Part shown: piece by piece, positions 36,401 to 46,200 of the stretch
Layout of the letters: every line of letters starts with the position of its first letter
Position numbering within the stretch: the first letter of the stretch is position 1
Origin: Eledone cirrhosa
Lineage: Eukaryota
Reading direction: 5' to 3'
DNA: 64,000 bases
Assembly (NCBI GenBank): GCA_964016885.1
Contig: OZ024743.1
Span: forward strand, 142,972,001 to 143,036,000
The notes under the pieces: generated by a model
What the model saw: only the letters and a program-made list of their open reading frames with translations
Database searches by the model: none
Told to the model about the DNA's origin: nothing
Position numbers and translations under genes: made by a program

Positions 36401-39400
36401 GTTTGGTGTTTGGTGTTTGGTGCTTGGTGCTTGGTGTTTGGTGTTTTGTGCTTGGTGCTAGGTGTTTGGTGCTTGGCGTTTGCTGTTTGGCATTTGGGGT
36501 TTGGCATTTGCTGTTTGGCGTTTGGGGTTTGGCGTTTGCTTTTTGGCGTTTGCTGTTTGGTGTTTGGTGTTTGCTGTTTGCTGTTTGCTGTTTGCTGTTT
36601 GGTGTTTGCTGTTTGGTGTTTGCTGTTTGGTGTTTGCTGTTTGGTGCTTGGTGCTTGGTGTTTGCTGCTTGGTGCTTGGTGTTTGGTGTTTGGTGCTTGG
36701 AGCTTGGTGTTTGGTGTTTGGTGCTTGGTGCTTGGTGTTTGGTGCTTGGTGCTTGGTGTTGTTGTTTGGTGCTTGGTACTTGGTGCTTGGTGTTTGGTGT
36801 TTGGTGTTTGCTGTTTGCTGTTTGGTGTTTGCTGTTTGGTGTTTGGTGTTTGGTGTTTGGTGTTTGGTGTTTGGTGCTTGGTGCTTTGTTTTTGCTCTTT
36901 GGTGCTTTGTGCTTGGTGTTTGGTGTTTGGTGCTCAGTGCTTGGTGTTTGGTGTTTGGTGCTTGGTGCTTGGTGCTTGGTGCTTGCTGCTTGGTGCTTGG
37001 TGCCTGGTGTTTGGTGTTTGGTGTTTGGTGCTTCGTGCTTGGTGCTTTGTGTTTTTTGCTTGGTGCTTGGTGATTGGTGCTTGGTGCCTGGTGTTTGGTG
37101 TTTGGTGTTTGGTGCTTGGTGCTTGGTGTTTGGTATTTGGTGCTTGGTGCTTCGTGTCTGGTGCTTGGTATTTGGTGCTTGGTGTTTGGTGCTTGGTGCT
37201 TGGTGCTTGGTGTTTGGTGCTTGGTGCTTGGTGCTTGGTGCTTGGTATTTGGTGTTTGGTGCTTGGTTCTTGGTGTTTGGTGTTTGGTGCTTGGTGCTTG
37301 GTGTTTGGTATTTGGTGCTTCGTGCTTGGTGTTTGGTGATTGGTGCTTGGTGCTTGGTGCTTGGTGTTTGGTGCTTGGTGCTTGGTGTTTGGTGTTTGGT
37401 GTTTGGTGCTTGGTGCTTGGTACTTGGTGTTTGGTGCTTGGTGCTTGGTGCTTGGTGCTTGGTGTTTGGTGTTTAGTGCTTGGTGCTTGGTATTTGGCGT
37501 TTGGCGCTTGGTGCTTGGTGTTTGGTGTTTGGTGCTTGGTGTTTGGTGCTTGGTGCTTGGTGTTTGGTGTTTGGCGCTTGGTGCTTGGTGTTTTGTGCTT
37601 GGTGCTTGGTGCTTGGTGTTTGGTGTTTGCTGTTTGCTGTTCGCTGTTTGGTGTTTGGTGTTTCCTGTTTGGTGTTTGGTGTTTGCGGTTTGGTGTTTGC
37701 TATTTGGTGTTTGGTATTTGGCGTTTGATGTTTGGCATTTGTTGTTTGATGTTTGGTGTTTGGTGTTTGGTGTTTGCTGTTTGATGTTTGGTGATTGGTG
37801 TTTGATGTTTGGTGTTTGGTGCTTGGTGCTTGGTGCTTGGTGCTTAGTGTTTTATGTTTAGCGCTTGGTGCTTGGTGTTTTGTGCTTGGTGCTTGGTGCT
37901 TGGTGTTTGGTGCTTGGTTCTTGGTGTTTGGTGTTTGGTGATTGGTGCTTGGTGTTTGGTGCTTGGGGTTTGGTGCTTGGTGCTTGGTGATTGGTGCTTG
38001 GTGCTTGGTGTTTGGTATTTGGTGTTTGGTGCTTGGTGCTTGGTACTTGGTGTTTTGTGTTTGGTGCTTGGTGCTTGGTGCTTGGTGCTTGGTGTTTGGT
38101 GCTTGGTGCTTGATGCTTGGTGCTTGGTGCTTGGTGTTTGGTGTTTAGTGCTTGGTGCTTGGTATTTGGTGTTTGGTGCTTGGTGCTTGGTGTTTGGTGT
38201 TTGGTGTTTGGTGCTTGGTGCTTGGTGTTTGGTGATTGGTGCTTGGTACTTGGTGTTTGGTGCTCGGTGCTTGGTGCTTGGTGTTTCGTGCTTCCTGCTT
38301 GGTGTTTGGTGCTTGGTGCTTGGTGTTTGTTGCTTGGTGTTTGGTGCTTGGTGTTTGGTGCTTGGTGCTTGGTGTTTGGTGTTTGGTGTTTGGTGCTTGG
38401 TGCTTGGTGCTTGGTGCTTGGTGTTTTGTGCTTGGAGCCTGGTGTTTGGTGTTTGGTGCTTGGTGCTTGGTGTTTGGTGTTTGGTGCTTGGTGCTTGGTG
38501 TTTTGTGTTTGGTGCTTGGTTCTTGGTGTTTGGTGTTTGGTGATTGGTGCTTGGTGTTTGGTGCTTGGGGTTTGGTACTTGGTGCTTGGTGATTGGTGTT
38601 TGGTGCTTGGTGCTTGGTGTATGGTGTTTGGTGCTTGGAGCTTGGTGTTTGGTGTTTGGTGCTTCATGCTTGGTGTTTGGTGCTTGGTGCTTGGTGTTGT
38701 TGTTTGGTGCTTGGTGCTTGGTGCTTGGTGTTTGGTGTTTGGTGTTTGCTGTTTGCTGTTTGGTGTTTGCTGTTTGGTGTTTGCTGTTTGGTGTTTGGTG
38801 TTTGGTGTTTGGTGTTTGGTGCTTGGTGCTTTGTTTTTGCTCTTTGGTGCTTTGTGCTTGGTGTTTGGTGTTTGGTGCTTAGTGCTTGGTGTTTGGTGTT
38901 TGGTGCTTGGTGCTTGGTGCTTGCTGCTTGGTGCTTGGTGCCTGGTGTTTGGTGTTTGGTGTTTGGTGCTTGGTGCTTGGTGATTTGTGTTTTTTGCTTG
39001 GTGCTTGGTGATTGGTGCTTGGTGCCTGGTGTTTGGTGTTTGGTGTTTGGTGCTTGGTGCCTGGTGTTTGGTGTTTTGTGCTTGGTGCTAGGTGTTTGGT
39101 GTTTGGTGCTTGGCGTTTGCTGTTTGGCATTTGGGGTTTGGCATTTGCTGTTTGGCGTTTGGGGTTTGGCGTTTGCTTTTTGGCGTTTGCTGTTTGCTGT
39201 TTGGTGTTTGCTGTTTGGTGTTTGCTGTTTGGTGTTTGCTGTTTGGTGCTTGCTGTTTGGTGCTTGGTGCTTGGTGTTTGGTGTATGGTGCTTGGTGCTT
39301 GGTGCTTGGTATTTGGTGCTTGGTGCTTGGTGTTGGGTGCTTGGGACTTGGTGCTTGGTGTTTGGTGCTTGGTGTTTGGTGTTTGGTGCTTGGTGCTTGG

Positions 39401-42400
39401 TGTTTGGTGTTTGGTGCTTGGTATTTGCTGTTTGGTGCTTGGTGCTTGGTGTTTGGTGCTTGGTGCTTGGTGCTTGGTGTTTGGTGCTTGGTGCTTGGTG
39501 CTTGGTGCTTGATGCTTGGTGCTTGTTGCTTGGTGTTTGGTGTTTGCTGTTTGGTGTTCGCTGTTTGGTGTTTGGTGTTTCCTGTTTGGTGTTTGGTGTT
39601 TGCGGTTTGGTGTTTGCTATTTGGTGTTTGGTGTTTGGCGTTTGAAGTTTGGCATTTGTTGTTTGTTGTTTGCTGTTTGGTGTTTGATGTTTGGTGTTTG
39701 GTGTTTGGTGTTTGCTGTTTGATGTTTGGTGATTGGTGTTTGATGTTTGGTGTTTGGTGCTTGGTGCTTGGTGCTTGGTGCTTAGTGTTTTATGTTTAGC
39801 GCTTGGTGCTTGGTGTTTTGTGCTTGGTGCTTGGTGCTTGGTGTTTGGTGCTTGGTTCTTGGTGTTTGGTGTTTGGTGATTGGTGCTTGGTGTTTGGTGC
39901 TTGGGGTTTGGTGCTTGGTGCTTGGTGATTGGTGTTTGTTGCTTGGTGCTTGGTATTTGGTGTTTGGTGCTTGGAGCTTGGTATTTGGTGTTTGGTGCTT
40001 GGTGCTTGGTGTTTGGTGTTTGGTGTTTGGTGTTTGGTGTTTGGTGCTTGGTACTTGGTGTTTTGTGTTTGGTGCTTGGTGCTTGGTGCTTGGTGCTTGG
40101 TGTTTGGTGCTTGGTGCTTGATGCTTGGTGCTTGGTGCTTGGTGTTTGGTGTTTAGTGCTTGGTGCTTGGTATTTGGTGTTTGGTGCTTGGTTCTTGGTG
40201 TTTGGTGTTTGGTGCTAGGTGTTTGGTGTTTGGTGTTTGGTGCTTGGTGCTTGGTGTTTGGTGATTGGTGCTTGGTACTTGGTGTTTGGTGCTCGGTGCT
40301 TGGTGCTTGGTGCTTGGTGTTTCGTGCTTGGTGCTTGGTGTTTGGTGCTTGGTGCTTGGTGTTTGTTGCTTGGTGCTTGGTGCTTGGTGTTTGGTGCTTG
40401 GTGTTTGGTGTTTGGTGTTTGGTGCTTGGTGCTTGGTGCTTGGTGTTTGGTGCTTGGTGCTTGGTGTTTTGTGTTTGGTGCTTGGTTCTTGGTGTTTGGT
40501 GTTTGGTGATTGGTGCTTGGTGTTTGGTGCTTGGTGTTTGGTGCTTGGTGCTTGGTGATTGGTGTTTGCTGCTTGGTGCTTGGTGTTTGGTGTTTGGTGC
40601 TTGGAGCTTGGTGTTTGGTGTTTGGTGCTTGGTGCTTGGTGTTTGGTGCTTGGTGCTTGGTGTTGTTGTTTGGTGCTTGGTACTTGGTGCTTGGTGTTTG
40701 GTGTTTGGTGTTTGCTGTTTGCTGTTTGGTGTTTGCTGTTTGGTGTTTGCTGTTTGGTGTTTGGTGTTTGGTGTTTGGTGTTTGGTGCTTGGTGCTTTGT
40801 TTTTGCTCTTTGGTGCTTTGTGCTTGGTGTTTGGTGTTTGGTGCTTAGTGCTTGGTGTTTGGTGTTTGGTGCTTGGTGCTTGGTGCTTGGTGCTTGCTGC
40901 TTGGTGCTTGGTGCCTGGTGTTTGGTGTTTGGTGTTTGGTGCTTGGTGCTTGGTATTTGGTGCTTGGTGCTTCGTGTCTGGTGCTTGGTATTTGGTGCTT
41001 GGTGTTTGGTGCTTGGTGCTTGGTGCTTGGTGTTTGGTGCTTGGTGCTTGGTGCTTGGTATTTGGTGTTTGGTGCTTGGTTCTTGGTGTTTGGTGTTTGG
41101 TGCTTGGTGCTTGGTGCTTGGTGTTTGGTATTTGGTGCTTCGTGCGTGGTGTTTGGTGATTGGTGCTTGGTGCTTGGTGCTTGGTGTCTGGTGCTTGGTG
41201 CTTAGTGTTTGGTGTTTGGTGCTTGGTGCTTGGTGTTTGGTGTTTGGTGTTTGGTGCTTGGTGCTTGGTACTTGGTGTTTGGTGCTTGGTGCTTGGTGCT
41301 TGGTGCTTGGTGTTTGGTGTTTAGTGCTTGGTGCTTGGTATTTGGTGTTTGGCGCTTGGTGCTTGGTGTTTGGTGTTTGGTGCTTGGTGTTTGGTGCTTG
41401 GTGCTTGGTGTTTGGTGTTTGGCGCTTGGTGCTTGGTGTTTTGTGCTTGGTGCTTGGTGCTTGGTGTTTGGTGTTTGCTGTTTGCTGTTCGCTGTTTGGT
41501 GTTTGGTGTTTCCTGTTTGGTGTTTGGTGTTTGCGGTTTGGTGTTTGCTATTTGGTGTTTGGTGTTTGGCGTTTGATGTTTGGCATTTGTTGTTTGATGT
41601 TTGGTGTTTGGTGTTTGGTGTTTGCTGTTTGATGTTTGGTGATTGGTGTTTGATGTTTGGTGTTTGGTGCTTGGTGCTTGGTGCTTGGTGCTTAGTGTTT
41701 TATGTTTAGCGCTTGGTGCTTGGTGTTTTGTGCTTGGTGCTTGGTGCTTGGTGTTTGGTGCTTGGTTCTTGGTGTTTGGTGTTTGGTGATTGGTGCTTGG
41801 TGTTTGGTGCTTGGGGTTTGGTGCTTGGTGCTTGGTGATTGGTGCTTGGTGCTTGGTGTTTGGTGTTTGGTGTTTGGTGCTTGGTGCTTGGTACTTGGTG
41901 TTTTGTGTTTGGTGCTTGGTGCTTGGTGCTTGGTGCTTGGTGTTTGGTGCTTGGTGCTTGATGCTTGGTGCTTGGTGCTTGGTGTTTGGTGTTTAGTGCT
42001 TGGTGCTTGGTATTTGGTGTTTGGTGCTTGGTGCTTGGTGTTTGGTGTTTGGTGTTTGATGCTTGGTGCTTGGTGTTTGGTGATTGGTGCATGGTACTTG
42101 GTGTTTGGTGCTCGGTGCTTGGTGCTTGGTGTTTCGTGCTTGCTGCTTGGTGTTTGGTGCTTGGTGCTTGGTGTTTGTTGCTTGGTGCTTGGTGCTTGGT
42201 GTGTGGTGCTTGGTGCTTGGTGTTTGGTGTTTGGTGTTTGGTGCTTGGTGCTTGGTGCTTGGTGCTTGGTGCTTGGTGTTTTGTGCTTGGAGCCTGGTGT
42301 TTGGTGTTTGGTGCTTGGTGCTTGGTGTTTGGTGTTTGGTGCTTGGTGCTTGGTGTTTTGTGTTTGGTGCTTGGTACTTGGTGTTTGGTGTTTGGTGATT

Positions 42401-43299
42401 GGTGCTTGGTGTTTGGTGCTTGGGGTTTGGTGCTTGGTGCTTGGTGATTGGTGTTTGGTGCTTGGTGCTTGGTGTATGGTGTTTGGTGCTTGGAGCTTGG
42501 TGTTTGGTGTTTGGTGCTTCATGCTTGGTGTTTGGTGCTTGGTGCTTGGTGTTGTTGTTTGGTGCTTGGTGCTTGGTGCTTGGTGTTTGGTGTTTGGTGT
42601 TTGCTGTTTGCTGTTTGGTGTTTGCTGTTTGGTGTTTGCTGTTTGGTGTTTGGTGTTTGGTGTTTGGTGTTTGGTGCTTGGTGCTTTGTTTTTGCTCTTT
42701 GGTGCTTTGTGCTTGGTGTTTGGTGTTTGGTGCTTAGTGCTTGGTGTTTGGTGTTTGGTGCTTGGTGCTTGGTGCTTGGTGCTTGCTGCTTGGTGCTTGG
42801 TGCCTGGTGTTTGGTGTTTGGTGTTTGGTGCTTGGTGCTTGGTGATTTGTGTTTTTTGCTTGGTGCTTGGTGATTGGTGCTTGGTGCCTGGTGTTTGGTG
42901 TTTGGTGTTTGGTGCTTGGTGCTTGGTGTTTGGTTTTTTGTGCTTGGTGCTAGGTGTTTGGTGTTTGGTGCTTGGCGTTTGCTGTTTGGCATTTGGGGTT
43001 TGGCATTTGCTGTTTGGCGTTTGGGGTTTGGCGTTTGCTTTTTGGCGTTTGCTGTTTGGTGTTTGGTGTTTGCTGTTTGCTGTTTGGTGTTTGCTGTTTG
43101 GTGTTTGCTGTTTGGTGTTTGCTGTTTGGTGTTTGCTGTTTGGTGCTTGGTGCTTGGTGTTTGGTGCATGGTGCTTGGTGCTTGGTGTTTGGTGCTTGGT
43201 GCTTGGTGTTGGGTGCTTGGGACTTGGTGCTTGGTGTTTGGTGCTTGGTGTTTGGTGTTTGGTGCTTGGTGCTTGGTGCTTGGTGTTTGGTGCTTGGTG

Positions 43300-46200
43300 C
43301 TTGGTGCTTGGTGCTTGATGCTTGGTGCTTGTTGCTTGGAGTTTAGTGCTTGGTGCTTGGTGTTTGGTGCTTGGTGCTTGGTGTTTGGTGATTGGTGCTT
43401 GGTGTTTGGTGCTTGGTACTTGGTGGTTGGTGTTTGGTGTTTGGTGCTTGGTGCTTGGTGCTTGGTGTCTGGTGCTTGGTGCTTGGTGCTTGGTGTTTGG
43501 TGCTTGGTGTTTGGCACTTGGTGTTTGGTGTTTGGTGCTTGGTGCTTGGTGTTTGGTGCTTGGTGCTTGGTGCTTGGTGTTTGGTGCTTGGTGCTTGCTG
43601 CTTGGTGTTTGGTGTTTAGTGCTTGGTGCTTGGTGTTTGGTGTTTGGTGCTTGGTGTTTGGTGTTTGGTGCTTGGTGTTTTCTTTTTGCTCTTTGGTGCT
43701 TTGGGCTTGGTGTTTGGTGTTTGGTGCTTGGTGCTTGGTGTTTGGTGTTTGGTGCTTGGTGCTTGGTGCTTGGTGCTTGCTGCTTGGTGCTTGGTGGCTG
43801 GTGTTTGGTGTTTGGTGTTTGGTGCTTGGTGCTTGGTGCATTGTGTTTTTGGCTTGGTGCTTGGTGATTGGTGCTTGGTGCCTGGTGTTTGGTGTTTGGT
43901 GTTTGGTGCTTGGTGCTTGGTGTTTGGTGTGTGGTGCTTGGTGCTTGGTGTTTGGTATTTGGTGCTTGATGCTTGGTGCTTGGTGCTTGGTGTTTGGTGC
44001 TTGGTGCTTGGTTCTTGGTGCTTGGTGCTTGGTGTTTGGTATTTGGTGCTTGGTGCTTGGTGCTTGGTGTTTGGTGCTTGGTGCTTGTTGTTTGTTGCTT
44101 GGTGCTTGGTGCTTGGTGTTTGGTGCTCGGTGCTTGGTGTTTGGTGTTTGGTGTTTGGAGCTTGGTGCTTGGTGCTTGGTGTTTTGTGCTTGGAGCCTGG
44201 TGTTTAGTGTTTGGTGCTTGGTGCTTGGTGTTTGGTGTTTGGTGCTTGGTGCTTGGTGTTTGGTGTTTGGTACTTGGTGCTTGGTGTTTGGTGCTTGGTG
44301 CTTGGTGTTTGGTACTTGGTGCTTGGTGTTTGGTGATTGGTGTTTGGTGCTTGGTGCTTGGTGTTTGGTGTTTGGTGCTTGGAGCTTGGTGTTTGGTATT
44401 TGGTGCTTAGTGCTTGGTGTTTGGTGATTGGTGCTTGGTGCTTGGTGCTTGGTGTCTGGTGCTTGGTGCTTGGTGTTTGGTGTTTGGTGCTTGGTGCTTG
44501 GTGTTTGGTGTTTGGTGTTTGGTGCTTGGTGCTTGGTACTTGGTGTTTTGTGTTTGGTGCTTGGTGCTTGGTGCTTGGTGCTTGGTGTTTGGTGCTTGGT
44601 GCTTGGTATTTGGTGTTTGGCGGTTGGTGATTGGTGTTTGGTGTTTGGTGCTTGGTGTTTGGTGCTTGGTACTTGGTGTTTTGTGTTTGGTGCTTGGTGC
44701 TTGGTGCTTGGTGCTTGGTGTTTGGTGCTTGGTGCTTGGTATTTGGTGTTTGGCGGTTGGTGATTGGTGTTTGGTGTTTGGTGCTTGGTGTTTGGTGCTT
44801 GGTGCTTGGTGTTTGGTGTTTGGCGCTTGGTGCTTGGTGTTTTGTGCTTGGTGCTTGGTGCTTGGTGTTTGGTGTTTGCTGTTTGGTGTTTGCTATTTGG
44901 TGTTTGGTGTTTGGCGTTTGATGTTTGGCATTTGTTGTTTGTTGTTTGCTGTTTGGTGTTTGATGTTTGGTGTTTGGTGTTTGCTGTTTGCTGTTTGATG
45001 TTTGGTGATTGGTGTTTGATGTTTGGTGTTTGGTGCTTGGTACTTGGTGCTTGGTGCTTAGTGTTTTATGTTTAGCGCTTGGTGCTTGGTGTTTTGTGCT
45101 TGGTGCTTGGTGCTTGGTGTTTGGTGCTTGGTGCTTGGTATTTGGTGTTTGGTGCTTGGTTCTTGGTGTTTGGTGTTTGGTGCTTGGTGCTTGGTGTTTG
45201 GTGTTTGGTGTTTGGTGCTTGGTGCTTGGTGTTTGGTGATTGGTGCTTGGTACTTGGTGTTTGGTGCTCGGTGCTTGGTGCTTGGTGTTTCGTGCTTGGT
45301 GCTTGGTGTTTGGTGCTTGGTGCTTGGTGTTTGTTGCTTGGTGCTTGGTGCTTGGTGTTTGGTGCTAGGTGCTTGGTGTTTGGTGTTTGGTGCTTGGTGC
45401 TTGGTGCTTGGTGTTTGATGCTTGGTGCTTGGTGTTTTGTGTTTGGTGCTTGGTTCTTGGTGTTTGGTGTTTGGTGATTGGTGCTTGGTGTTTGGTGCTT
45501 GGTGTTTGGTGCTTGGTGCTTGGTGATTGGTGTTTGGTGCTTGGTGCTTGGTGTTTGGTGTTTGGTGCTTGGAGCTTGGTGTTTGGTGTTTGGTGCTTGG
45601 TGCTTGGTGTTTGGTGCTTGGTGCTTGGTGATTGGTGTTTGGTGCTTGGTGCTTGGTGTTTGGTGATTGGTGCTTGGTACTTGGTGTTTGGTGCTCGGTG
45701 CTTGGTGCTTGGTGTTTCGTGCTTGGTGCTTGGTGTTTGGTGCTTGGTGCTTGGTGTTTGTTGCTTGGTGCTTGGTGCTTGGTGTTTGGTGCTAGGTGCT
45801 TGGTGTTTGGTGTTTGGTGCTTGGTGCTTGGTGCTTGGTGTTTGATGCTTGGTGCTTGGTGTTTTGTGTTTGGTGCTTGGTTCTTGGTGTTTGGTGTTTG
45901 GTGATTGGTGCTTGGTGTTTGGTGCTTGGTGTTTGGTGCTTGGTGCTTGGTGATTGGTGTTTGGTGCTTGGTGCTTGGTGTTTGGTGTTTGGTGCTTGGA
46001 GTTTGGTGTTTGGTGTTTGGCACTTGGTGTTTGGTGTTTGGTGCTTGGTGCTTGGTGTTTGGTGCTTGGTGCTTGGTGCTTGGTGTTTGGTGCTTGGTGC
46101 TTGCTGCTTGGTGTTTGGTGTTTAGTGCTTGGTGCTTGGTGTTTGGTGTTTGGTGCTTGGTGTTTGGTGTTTGGTGCTTGGTGTTTTGTTTTTGCTCTTT

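Larger units (their letters stand above)
10332..36866. repeat. Recent ~13.4 kb tandem duplication (about 10332-23470 vs about 23741-36866)
   Basis: Offsets: 10367->23776 = 13409, 12614->26051 = 13437, 13440->26877 = 13437, 15350->28752 = 13402, 17770->31172 = 13402, 20003->33420 = 13417, 21822->35218 = 13396. Private variants shared by the two copies include GGTGTGTCTGG (~18378/~31780), GGTCCTT (~20065/~33482), GTTTTCTG (~20921/~34345) and the 826-bp sub-duplication. Confidence 0.93.
1..43300. repeat. Satellite domain I: higher-order modules of mostly 1.7-2.6 kb, each starting at the landmark TTAGTGTTTT(A/T)TGTTTAG(C/T)GC
   Basis: The landmark (ORF-track 'MFSAWCLVFCAW' starts) recurs at 134, 2380, 4185, 5905, 8137, 9985, 12614, 13440, 15350, 17770, 20003, 21822, 26051, 26877, 28752, 31172, 33420, 35218, 37854, 39792 and 41702, and again at 45068 and 47434 in the transition zone. 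It is followed by a conserved order of rare variants (GGTTCTT, GGTGATT, GGGGTTT, GGTACTT, TTGATGC, GCTCGG, TTTCGTG). Confidence 0.92.
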
